From the NCBI GenBank assembly GCA_002633005.1, contig NMRA01000041.1, positions 687,294 through 751,293 on the forward strand: a stretch of DNA of 64,000 nt, given 5' to 3'. The notes below the pieces were generated by a model. That model was not told the DNA's origin. It ran no database searches and worked only from the letters and a program-made list of their open reading frames with translations. Positions 25,401 through 37,735 of the stretch are shown here, piece by piece. The DNA is from Phoronis australis (taxonomy: Eukaryota > Animalia > Phoronida). Position numbers and translations under genes: made by a program. The first letter of the stretch is position 1, and each line of letters begins with the position of its first letter.

Positions 25401-28400
25401 CAAATGTACTGATTTTGTAAAATATTTAGAACAATGTACTGAGCTAAAGGTAATTGTATTTGGAGAATATTTTATCACTGCTTGAAGTTTGGAAATCACC
25501 ACAAATTTCGAAGCAAATTACAGAACTGATGAATTCTTATTAACCTGACTTTGCAACTTGAAAATATCTGGTGACTGTGGATGTTTACTAAATCACCAAG
25601 CAAGGTCTGAAGTCACATTTGCAAGCTACAGGTCATCAAATCGTAGTTGTTACAAATTGGATAATATGAGAAAAATTGTGTTTTATGGCTGGAACGCACT
25701 AGGGAGTTTTCAACTGAGACTATTTGGGATTTGCACAAAAGTTTGCCATAGTCACTTGTAACCGTGTTATAATATGTATTCAATATCTATGTTAACTTTA
25801 CATCATTTTAACTTTTGGAAGTATTTCAGTCACCTTGTGTTGTAATTGGTCGTTTCCTTTGGTGTTTGAGCCGACTGCAAAATAAGTTTATTTTTTCATT
25901 TCCAGATGTCACACTTAATCACTGACTCAATAGATGCTCTACTTGAAGTGATTGGTGACGAGACCAGTAGGAAGCCCGGAACACCTGTAAATATTCACAG
26001 GTGATATCAAAGTTAGGTGTGGTTAGTTCTAGGACTGTCTATTCCTTTTCCTTTTCGGAGTCAGTACTGTCTCCCATTTTCCAACCATCGTGGCCAGTTT
26101 ACTTAATGGAATTAGGAGGCTTAGATGCAGACTCTTCCCATGTCTCTACATTTAGTAGAAAGGCTAGACTCTGATTGGCTTTTACAATGCCTCTCATGTT
26201 AGTCAAAGGTTTTGACATGTAGTGTGTCTTCTCATTTCCCAGAATGTATGCTTGAATTTTCACCAAGTTGTCTCACACCTAGGTGTAGCTGTCTGACACA
26301 ATTAGATTTAAGGTCGTGTATCATTAAGCCACACTCCTGCGACAAAAATGTTGCTGAATTGACCCAGCGTCTAGCATTTAGGCTAGGAACCATCCAGGCT
26401 CAGGCAAAACCTGATCATATCAGTTTCTTACTCAGTCGAGAAGTGATTTTTGGTCTAAACTGCTTGAGACCACGCTTGGTGAATTAAATGGCTTGTACAT
26501 CATGGCAGCGTAACTTGTAGAGCTGCTCTGAAACTGTAACGAAGTTGGAATTCTTTTCTAACCCAGGAATCACACGTATTCTGACTAAAGAACAGTTTGA
26601 GACCAATTTCGTTATGGTAATTAGTTTAAATCAAAAGTTGTTTTTTGTGACAAAAGTCAAGTTAATCGCCACTTTAATGCAGACTTGTACCTCCACCTTG
26701 TGGGTGTGAGGAGTGTTCATGTTGTGTTGGAAAACTGTCAAGGTGAAGCTACTACACAAAACTGAGACGAATCAAAGAATTCGTGGTGTGGCATAGAAAG
26801 TTATGTCCATTTCTGCCTAAATCATTTTTGTCAAATTAATAGTAGTAGTCCAGTGGCAATTGGTGTGACAGTGACAGTTTCTGCATAGTTACTTTGTTTT
26901 ATTTCAGATTATTCCAGGGTCTAACATTGGATGTTATTGGGAAAACAGCATTTGGGTTTGAAACAAACTCGTTAAGGGATCCCAATGACAGACTGCTGAT
27001 GAGAACGCAGAAAGTGTTCAAACAAGTCAATGCAACTCTTCTTCACATTATAGCAAGTAATGGTGCAAGTTTTGTTTTGTGATCCCGATTGTTTGCCAGA
27101 ACTTATGAAGAACTACTCCATCTAAATTGACACAAAATAGGTTTTTGGGTGGCATTTTCCTTTAAAGCAAACTAATGAGTCAGGTCTGAAGCAACAAAAC
27201 TGCCTTTCAGTTTTTTNCTTTCCCATCAGAATCGCATCCTTCTCATTTGTTTGAGTTTGTATTCCCCATCTCTGATCTCAAGGTCTGTCATTTTGTGTCT
27301 GTTTTACGTCAACAGTGAGAGCTTCAAATTTGTTGGTCAAACATGTTGATGAAACTAGAACATAATTTGCTACAATTGGTGTTTATTATGTATTCATTTG
27401 GTATATAGGGCTTGCCAAATAACATGAAATCCCGAAATGTGACCTGGACAAATTCCTAGGTGGCTGAATGAGAAATGAGCTATCTAAACCAAGTAAACCT
27501 CGTAGGAGGTGGTTCCACATTGGTGTGCACAGTCACAACCAGTTCTGTTTGGCTTTTACCTCAGGAGGAAGCAGACGATCAGAACACATTTTTGTGCATG
27601 TGTCGTAGTCAGCCACTGCTGGTTTGTGCCAAAGGGTCCTCACTCCCATCTGTTTACCTGCGGTTTTAGTTTGAACACATGCTCACCGACTGACAAATGT
27701 ACTGATTTCATAAAATATTTAGAACAATGTACTGAGCAAACGGTAATTGTATTTGGAGAATATTTTATCACTGCTTGAAGTTTGGAAATCACCACAAATT
27801 TCGAAGCAAATTACAGAACTGATGAATTCTTATTTGGTGTTTGCACAAAAGTTTGCCATAGTCACTTGTAACCGTGTTATAATATGTATTCAATATCTAT
27901 GTTAACTTTACATCATTTTAACTTTTGGAAGTGTTTCAGTCACCTTATGTTGTAATTGGTCATTTCCTGTGGTCTTTGAGCCCACTGCAAAATAAGTTTA
28001 TTTTTTCATTTCCAGATGTCACACTTAATCACTGACTCAATAGATGCTCTACTTGAAGTGATTGGTGAAGAGACCAGTAGGAAGCCCGGAACACCTGTAA
28101 ATATTCACAGGTGATATCAAAGTTAGGTGTGGTTAGTTCTAGGACAGTCTATTCCTTTTCCTTTTCGGAACCAGTACTGTCTCACATTTTCCAACCATCG
28201 TGGCCAGTTTACTTAATGGAATCAGGAGGCTTAGGTGCACACTCTTCCCAAGTGTCTACATTAAGTAGAAAGGGTTAGACTCTGATTTGCTTTTACAATG
28301 CCACTCATGTTTGTCAAAACTTTTGACATGTAGTGTGCCTTGTCATTGCCCAGAATGTATGCTTGAATTTTCACCAAGTTGTCTCACACTTAGGTGGAGC

Positions 28401-31400
28401 TGTCTGGCACAATTAGATTTAAGGTCATGTATCATTAAGCCACACTCCTGCAACAAAAATGTTGCTGACTTGACCCAGCGTCTAGCATTTAGGCTAGGAA
28501 CCATCCAGGCTCAGGCAAAACCTGATCATATCAGTTTCTTACTCAGTCGAGAAGTGATTTTTGGTCTAAACTGATTGAGACCACGCTTGGTGAATTAAAT
28601 GGCTTGTACATCATGGCAGCGTAACTTGTAGAGCTGTTCTGAAACTGTAACGAAGTTGGAATTCTTTTCTAACCCAGGAATCACACGTATTCTGACTAAA
28701 GAACAGTTTGAGACCAATTTCGTTATGGTAATTAGTTTAAATCAAAAGTTGTTTTTTGTGACAAAAGTCAAGTTAATCGCCACTTTAATGCAGACTTGTA
28801 GCTCCACCTTGTGGGTGTGAGGAGTGTTCATGTTGTGTTGGAAAACTGTCAAGGTGAAGCTACTACACAAAACTTCGCAGAATCAAAGAATTCGTGGTGT
28901 GGCATAGAAAGTTATGTTCATTTCTGCCTAAATCATTTTTCTCAAATTAATAGTAGTATTCCAGTGGCAGTTGGTGTGACAGTGACAGTTTCTGCATAGT
29001 TACTTTGTTTTATTTCAGATTATTCCAGGGTCTAACATTGGATGTTATTGGAAAAACAGCATTTGGGTTTGAAACAAACTCGTTAAGGGATCCCAATGAC
29101 AGACTGCTGATGAGAACGCAGAAAGTGTTCAAACAAGTCAATGCAACTCTTCTTCACATTATAGCAAGTAATGGTGCAAGTTTTGTTTTGTGATCCCGAT
29201 TGCTTGCCAGAACTTGATGAAGAACTACTCCATCTAAATTGACACAAAATAGTTTTTTTTGGGTGGCATTCTCCTTTAAAGCAAACTAATGAGTCGGGTT
29301 TGAAGCAACAAAACTGCCTTTCAGTTTTTTTCAAACCTAGAAATCTTTTCTCATCTTAGTAATAAGTTAGGACAACAGTTTTGTAAAAGTAAGTGGTTTC
29401 AATAAACAGACTGAATAATAAATTTTAACTGTGAATAAAACTGTTGTAAGGAGGCTGTGTGAAAATTTAGCACATGGTATGGCTGTGAAACTTTATTCTG
29501 TCAAAATTCTTAGCAGTAAGAAAATTTTAGTTTACTATTAGCTTGGTTGGTGTTGGGCAAATGTTATTCAGCAATTTTGGGTAAAAGTTTCACCATTTGA
29601 CCCAATGAAATCAAGCAAAATGGTAATTTTGGCATAAGATGATCATTGTATTAATACAAAATATGTGAAGAATGTTGGTACCTTGTAAGTCTTTATCCCA
29701 ATAGTAATTCACTACATATTTGTTGCAGTTATCTTCCCATGGCTAAGCAATGGGTTGTTTGAATTTAAAAGCAAAGTTTTGAACCATTTTACTGAAAAAC
29801 CTGCTATCTTGGAACTCAGAGAAGACTTGGAGGAAGTCTTGGTTTGGAGGAAAAAAGAAACATCTGTAAGTTACATCACTTTTTCACATCTTAACTCTCC
29901 TAATTACCACCAGAGAGCAGCACATGCTACATTTGTTCAACACTCAGAATTCTGTTGATCATAATCCATATCACATTGCATCCTTTAGTGTTATCAAATG
30001 CTGTTGTTTCAAGAAAGGAAAAAATGGTAAAATCCCTTTGAAGTTAAAAATGAGCTATAATTTTATGTTGATTCACTGCCATAAAAATTTCATCTTATAA
30101 TGTGGACATAATTGGTTACGTGAGAGTAAGTCAACTGTATCGGGCCTATTGGAGCCTTTTTAACAAAAGTCGTATGCCAAATCATATCTTACTTAAGCTG
30201 TGGTATCCTATGGCACATAGTTCCTGGGCTTGGTTTCCAATATTAGACTGATTTTAGCTTTGGTTTTGAATAGACATAACTTGCCACCTAGGTGGAGCGA
30301 GCAGATTTTCTACAGCGACTGATAGACGTGCAGATGACTGGTAAACGCCCCCTCTTTAGTCGACTGCATGTCAAGCACAGTGAGGAGACTACAGACCATG
30401 ATGTCTGTGATCAGGAAGAAGGTGAGAGACTTACTTTAGTCCATGCCATCTGTTGGTTGTTCAGCAAACTCTAAATGGAACTTAAACACGTCGAAGTTTG
30501 ACTAAGTTTTTACTTGCGAACTTGTCTCTAATTTTTTTGTTTCATTACGGCTAGAATTTTCATAGTTTAAGCCATTTTTTAATTCCAGTTAAGGTTTGTT
30601 AAAAAGTCACTACCACTTTTGCATCTGGCTGTTTCCAGAACCGTGCGCATTTTCCCATTTTACGTAAAAGAATTGTTGTTGGGCAAAATTAATCTCTGAC
30701 CACAATCTCATTATAAAGTGCATCAAAGTTTGCCAGAGTTTTGAACCAGACAGGAAGTGTAGCTGTAGTAGCTTAAAGAAAAATAATAATTGTGAACCTT
30801 TCAAAACATGTTTGCACCTGTCATTATGTTTGATTTATAATTCAGATACAGAGCTGAGTAACAGTGTTACCCTGATAGATTTTTTCAAATTTTCAATAGA
30901 TGGAGTCACGCAAATTAGCTTTCTTCTCCTGAAACTTGTGAGCTTCTTGAGAGCTCTGTGAATTTGTCTATTTTTGTTCTTGTGAAAAATCTGGAATGCC
31001 CCTGACTGGTATGTTTCACCTGCCTTATGTACCTCTGTTTGTCACCAGGTGATATCTGGGATGAACCAAACATTCACAATATCACCGATGAATTTACAGA
31101 CGAAGAAATATTTTCTCAAGCTTTCACCATTTTACTTGCTGGTAAGGTATTTGTTCTTGATGTCTTTCAGTTTAAATATTTTGACCCATAAACTTTTCTG
31201 TAAAAGGTAATCATTCCACTCGTCAAACACACATTTTTCATTTTGAAAGCACTAATTGGAGTGTTTTAATGGAGAATTCATGAAATGTGACTTAAAAATA
31301 ATTTGCTGCCTTGGCCAGCATGACTAATGCTCTAAGTTACAGGAGGACTCTGGGTAATAACCACTTCATGGCACAGTGAGGACTTTGGGTAGTTTCTACT

Positions 31401-34400
31401 TCATGGTACAATGAAGAATAGTACCTCTATCGCTCAGGTGAGATACCAGTAATTAATCACCTGGTGACACAAACCGCTTGTGGTGCCATCGCCAAAACAT
31501 GGTTGTAGAGACTAACAATCAGTAAAGCCCTAGAACTGCTCACAAGACATTTGTTTGCTTCAATTTATTTGTAGGCTATGAAACGACGGCGAATATGTTG
31601 GCGTTTTCTGCCTATCTGCTTGCTCTGAACCCTGAGGTGCAAGACAAACTTTGCAAAGAAATAGACGCTCAAGTACCATCTGAGGTGGCAGGTTACAGTA
31701 GATTAATTTGTTTAATAGATTATTTTATTAATGGTATTAATTGCTGGATTGTTTGTTACTTGAATGACTTAACAAAGATGAATAATATCTGAATTTTATC
31801 AATTTTTTATTTTTCATAGATTTTATTCCAAATCCTACGAGTTTCTCCACTTCATAGTTTTATTTCAAAAAGCATTTTAAACACAAATTGCTGTGGTCAC
31901 TGTTACTTGTTTTCTTAATATATACTCCTGAGGTTCACAAACTGTTTCATTGTCATGTTCATTTAGTTTTGTTTAATATTTACAGTTGTGGAATGTCATG
32001 GCTGCAATTTATTTTCGGATAATGTCTACTTTTGAGTTACTATTTTCTGAAATGAAATTATTTATGAACTATGGGTAAAAATTGGTTGTTATTGAGAGAG
32101 CTTTGATTGTGATTTCACATACTGCAACATCTTAAAAGACACCACTGTAATGTTTTTTTTTTTGTTGTGGCAAATTAATGTTTAACTTACTTAATTTCAC
32201 ATGATTGCAATTCAAACAATCAGAGTTCACCAATTGCTCCCATGCCTATAGACATGTCTCAGCGGATATGTTGGCAACTTTTACCTTGAACATTATTGGT
32301 ATCTTCAATAATCTTGTTTTTAGGATATGGCCACCTGTGAGAACATTGAAAAGCTGCAGTACCTTGACATGGTTATCAATGAAGTGCTGCGCATGTATGG
32401 TACTGCTGGACTGTAAGTTGGTAGATGATTGTTTCCCATTTTCAGCATGCAATGTTGTAGTCCTAGGATTTTCAAAATAGTTGGACATTGCTTATTGAAG
32501 AACTACAACAGAAATTCTTGTCGTCTGCTTGACACTGTATCAAGATGTTTTCTTAGAATATGAACCGTGATGTAAAATTTAGTTCAGTCTAGACCTCAAC
32601 TTGTGAGAGAATAAAATTTTGAAAAAGTGAGGGGACGACATCCGCCCTCATGAGCGTCTTGACTACACTCTTGCCGCTTTGGTTCAATTAAGGTTACATA
32701 AGGCCTTATCAACAACCCTGTGCAATTAGTCAAATATTTACAGAAAACTATAAATTTAACTTCTAGTTGGCAAAACTAAATAATATATTCATTTTCTATT
32801 ACTAGGAAATCTCAAAGATCCTGTTTCAGTTTTCAAGGTTATTTCGTTTTTAGTTTCATACAACTTTCAATGCAGGTTTGTTCGTAAAAACGATGAAAGT
32901 CCTTTTCGATACCATTTTGAAAAAGTGCATCATTTTTAAAACTTTTCGGATCTGAACAACACGGAGAACACAAAGCATTGTATTTGAGAGTTTCAATTGA
33001 TCCAATGATCACAGTGTTCTGAGATATGATGAAGTTAGCCAAATTTGGACATTCTTCTATGATCCTACGTAATATTAAGCTTTCACTTTTTAATAATCAT
33101 TGGGTTTATAATTAGTTTCTGGGGTTAACAAGTCATTGTTAAATTGGCACTATGTCTTGAATAAACACCTAGCTGGTAATTTGGTGAACTGTAGAGAGTT
33201 CCATCTGTTGTTAAAAGATGTCTGACTCATTACATCTCTGTGCGCACGCTTGATCTAAGGCCACTTACCCATAATGCAAGTCGTTCTTTATTCGAAGAGA
33301 AATGGTCTATGGGAATTTAAAGAGTTGACTGACTGTTATTGCTTCAGACTACGCAGTCATTGGGTACAACGAGCGATCTCTTGGTGGTCTTAGTGTCAAC
33401 CAGTGCAATCAGTTCTTACGATAAAATCTCACGAATTTCAGATACAAATAATTGCCAAAGTTTTTCAATATTCCAAGGTTTCCAACAGAATTGTGAATGT
33501 CCATAATTCATCAACATATTGTCAGACTGTCACTGTGTTATAGACTTTATTAAAGATAGAAATATTCATTTGGTGCTCCGTGTACTTATCTTTTGTGAAA
33601 AAAAATTGAAATTTCGCTTGTTCACCATATTGCGACCTAAATTGCTGAGATATCACTGTCACTGTAACTTGAGTGAGAAATGAGTTGAGATCAATTTCAT
33701 GGTGTGTGTGGTGTAAGTATTGGAAGTCATGATGTGCAGCAGATTTTAAACTTGAAATTAAACTTGCTGTACTCATCTTGCGCATTACAGACTAGTGACT
33801 AGAAAGTGCAAGGAGGCACGTACTTATGGAGATCTGCATATTCCTGCTGGCACTAACATTTTGATTGACACTTGGGGGCTTCATTACAACCCACGTTATT
33901 GGCCTCAGCCTCACAAGTTCGATCCTAACAGGTAAATGGGTGCGTGGTGACTAATCCGTGAAGTGTTTAACTCAGGTCCTGCCTTATGTCAAAAGCGCTA
34001 AGCTATGACTAAGCTCAGCGGTTCTAAATTAAGTTGACCTCAACTTGTCAGTATTTGCTCACATTGGAAGTGGTTTCTTGGACTGCGAACAACTATGGGT
34101 TTGTCATTACTAGGCTCAAGGACCATTCAGACATTTTGAGTCTTGTCTCTAGAAGCAATGAAGTGCCAGTTGTTCTCAAATCAAAAATTCACTTCTAATG
34201 TGAGTAATCACCAAATTGATAGTTGTAGGTGATCCATTAAAATGTGGAGGGGATGTATTTTTCATTTGGCCTAGGAAATCAAAATTTATGCTTATCTTGC
34301 GATAATTGGAATCACAGTTTGGTTGCCTCATGCTATGCCTATCAAAATTGGCTCATGTTTCTACTAACTTGTTTTTTGTGTAACTAATAGGTTTAGTTCA

Positions 34401-36315
34401 AGTGAAAAAGCAAAGAGGCATCCCCATGCGTTCATTCCATTCGGTGGCGGTCCCAGAAACTGTNTGAGAACAACTATGGGTTTGTCATTACTAGGCTCAA
34501 GGACCATTCAGACATTTTGAGTCTGGTCTCTAGAAGCAATGAAGTGCCAGTTGTTCTCAAATCAAAAATTCACTTCTAATGTGAGTAATCACCAAATTGA
34601 TAGTTGTAGGTGATCCATTAAAATGTGGAGGGGATGTATTTTTCATTTGGCCTAGGAAATCAAAATTTATGCTTATCTTGCGATAATTGGAATCACAGTT
34701 TGGTTGCCTCATGCTATGCCTATCAAAATTGGCTCATGTTTCTACTAACTTGTTTTTTGTGTAACTAATAGGTTTAGTTCAAGTGAAAAAGCAAAGAGGC
34801 ATCCCCATGCGTTCATTCCATTCGGTGGCGGTCCCAGAAACTGTATAGGCTTGAGGTTCGCCATGATTGAAATGAAGACGGTGCTGGTCAGAGTTCTGCA
34901 GAAGTTTGCTCTAAGGAAATGCTCAGAAACGGAGGTAAGGTTTTTGTCAGAATTGCGGTGGTTTATTTGACATTTTTGCATTGATGTGAATTCTGTAAGA
35001 AAACCTAATATAACGTTAACCTTATAGCACAATGCAATGATGTTTAACTAAGTATATGCGCAATGTGTCTTTGTATTCATTTTTCATGCGCCCAGATTAT
35101 GTATATGAGGGCGCATTATGCTGTTGACGTGTCCAGCTGGCTGTCGTCCATCTGGCATCCGCTGCTGTATGTCCAAAACCCCTTGATCTAAGTTCATAAA
35201 ATTTTGCAGATATGTACCTTTCTGTATGTAATGGTATGAGTGACTTTTTGGACAGATCTTACGACCAGTGTGCCACCTAGTGTCAATTTTAGCTTTTTAC
35301 ATTTGCCTCTGCATCTTGTGTGCTTCTCAATGAATTTTCATGAAGTTTGGCAAATAGAGATAGCACCACCTTACCATTTTTTGAAGAATTCAATGTATTT
35401 TGCTCCATCTATTGGCCGCTTTTGGTGCTTTTGAGTCTGTCTTTTTGACGTCTGCTCCTTTATTGGCCAAACCACTTGAAGAAAAGTTAAGAATATTGGC
35501 ATATGTTCCTATTGGGAAGAGGATGACTGATAAAGATTTTTAAACACCTTCAGCTATTGAGGCACCTCCTAGTGTCAGTGTTTTTCCGTTCATGGCGGTA
35601 TCTCCTAAACTATGTGCAGATTCTTCATTAAAATTGGCTAGAGTATTTCTATGAAGGTAACAACAGATGATGACAATTTAAAGACGATACCACTACCGCT
35701 GTAACAATGGTGTCAGTTTTATTTTTTTCATATTCATCTGTTTTTTGGAGTTCCTGGACGGATTTTTATAAACATTGGAAATGGGTTTCTTTGAACGAAA
35801 CGACATGTTATTGTTTTCAGATGGATTTGATGGAGTGCCTGCCATGTAGTGGCAGTGTGCCCCTCAGTGGCAGTTTTATTTATTTTACGATCTTGGCAAG
35901 AGTGTTCCTGTTAAGGAGAGTGTTGCTGACTTACTATGCACCCCCTACAGGCTGTTTCAAAATTTCAGGCATTGTTGTCTTTAGTGGTAAATGTTAACCC
36001 TTATATCTGTGCTACATGCGATACTCAGGGGGGATCCATATCACCACTTTTTTTTTGCTCTTGTTTATTCATAATTATAATATTATTGATAACATGATCT
36101 ACCACTATCAACAACAATTGTTAGCAATTCCAATTCTCACTCTAGTCAAAAATCTACCAACTGTTATCAAAATTACCTGATGTCAACTTCATTGCCAGTC
36201 ACAAGAAATTTTGTAAATCAACTTTAAATTTTTTCAGGTGCCTTTGTCGCTGACGTCCAAGACAGCTATTGTCCCCAAACATGGAGTTTATGTGGAAATT
36301 GAAAAACGAAGCTAG
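18906..36315 (+). CDS. cytochrome P450, CYP3 clan (CYP3A-like), ~532 aa, 15 coding exons
   Basis: Exons 18906-18958 (duplicate 17431-17483), 19387-19483, 21227-21279, 22009-22105, 23489-23602, 25906-26000 (duplicate 28016-28110), 26908-27056 (duplicate 29019-29167), 29729-29865, 30292-30421, 31049-31141, 31575-31684, 32324-32412, 33791-33931, 34772-34934, 36238-36315. Total 1599 nt, in frame. N-terminal anchor, GPPP, WRWLR, AGYETT, EVLR, PNRF and heme motif [16 protein letters not shown] at 36528. Confidence 0.93.
20517..20658. repeat. 71-bp tandem duplication
   Basis: Two near-identical copies of ctcaatcatttgatatttaggctgttcacttgatgataacggtgaccagcatcctgagacc(a/t)gtgttatgc. Confidence 0.9.
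24013..24795. repeat. 15-16-bp minisatellite array with a short inverted block (MITE-like)
   Basis: More than 30 copies of GGTTCACTACTCCGA-like units (24013-24598), then inverted TAGTGAACC units at 24740-24790. Confidence 0.85.
24922..29330. repeat. near-identical tandem duplication around a single N (27217), probable haplotype/assembly overlap
   Basis: 24922-27216 versus 27218-29330; duplicates CYP exons 6 and 7. Confidence 0.85.
34084..34844. repeat. near-identical tandem duplication around a single N (34464), probable assembly overlap
   Basis: 34084-34463 versus 34465-34844. The first copy breaks off at the heme Cys codon, exactly at the N. Confidence 0.9.
35080..36055 (+). mobile_element. 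HINE/DINE-1-like element, opposite orientation to the left-hand copies
   Basis: Starts TTTTTCATGCGCCCAGATTAT...GGGCGCATTATG; internal CTAGTG and AAATTTTG/AAGTTTGG units. Confidence 0.7.
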
Positions 36316-36706
36316 AAATTTTGTCATAATAAAACTTGGATTTTATCATTACACCAAGAGAAAATTATGTCATTCTGTTTATGATATTGTATTGGCTGTG
36401 ATTACCCTAATTTTAGGTATTTACCTCAGTGCAGCGCTGTCTTTGAAATTCATTGTTTTGGTTCACGTTTTAGTGGAACCCTTTGTTTTGTGGTGTTCCT
36501 AATTACACACAATGACACTCTGGACTGAATAAAGTTCATTGATTGCATTGACAAGAGGATCCGTGCTTGCTTTGTGTTTGAAGTTTGACACTTCGGCTTG
36601 ACCTAGTTATTACTGCTTGGCACTTTTGGTATATTAATTAACACAGTATTTGTCTTGCAATACTCGGGTATCAATTTTCAGATTTCTGTTAATGTATATT
36701 GCAATG

Positions 36707-37735
36707 TTTTTATGAGTCCACATATTTATATGGGTGCATTATGCCATTATCCCTGTCCGTCCTGCGTCCATCCGTCCGGCGTCCACTCCTCTACCTCCAA
36801 AACCCTCTGATGTATGTTCATAAAATTGTGCACATTGTTATGTTCATTTTATGGATGGGGACAGCATGAGTGAATTTTTAGATGGCTGTGACTATCGGTG
36901 TGTCCCGTAGGGACAATTTTAATTTTTTTAACGTTTACCTCTGTATCTTCAAAGGTGCTCAATGGATTTTCATAAAATTGGACAAATAGTTACCTATTAG
37001 TGAGATGACACTACTTTTCCGTTTTCGGATGGATTCAAGTATTTTGCACCACCTAGTGGTCATTTTTTTATTGTTCTGGAGTCTTGTATTTTGGCGTCTT
37101 TATTAAACTTGGCAAGTGTATTTTTATGAAGTTGACAATGGACGATGGCGACTTTCGGACGTATGGACAAATGGTCTCTCCCCTAGTGGCAATTTTATTA
37201 TTTTTGCCTGTGTTTCTTTGAAGTTCATCGTGGGATTTTTATGAAATTTGGTAAATACCCTTCTATTATTGAAAAAAACATGGCATGATCTCGTTTTCAG
37301 GTGGATTTCAATATTTTGTGCCATCTAATGGCCATTTTTACTGTTTTCTGATCTGTTTTTGGCGTCTGCCCCTCTATCAACCAACCCATCCTAAGGATTG
37401 TTTGGAAAATTGAGGTTTATGTTTCTGCTATAAAGAGGACGGCTGATGATGATTTTTGTACCACTTGGACTGTGACTGTGGCATTTATGACTGTTTCTCC
37501 CAAACCCTCTTTATCAAATTTAGCAAGTGTATTAGACTATGGACAAGGACGACATTTTGACAGGTCCGACTACTGCTGTGCCCCCTAGTGGCAATTTTAT
37601 TTTTTACGTTCACAGCTGTATTTTCTTAACCCTTTGCAAGATCTTTGTGAAATTTGGCAGATTTTCATGAGCTTTGGCCGATAGTTTTTAGAGACGACAC
37701 CTTCCCATTTTTGGATTGGCTCAATGTATTCCGTG
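36707..37735 (+). mobile_element. HINE/DINE-1-like element, opposite orientation to the left-hand copies
   Basis: Starts TTTTTATGAGTCCACATAT...GTCCGTCC microsatellite; reverse complement of the 1-1118 and 5280-7294 repeat. Confidence 0.75.

Noticed and set aside
16474-34844. Apparent tandem exon duplications or mutually exclusive exons in the CYP gene
   Set aside because: All three duplications are centred exactly on a single N, include near-identical intron sequence, and two break mid-exon. This fits unmerged haplotype overlaps better than biology.
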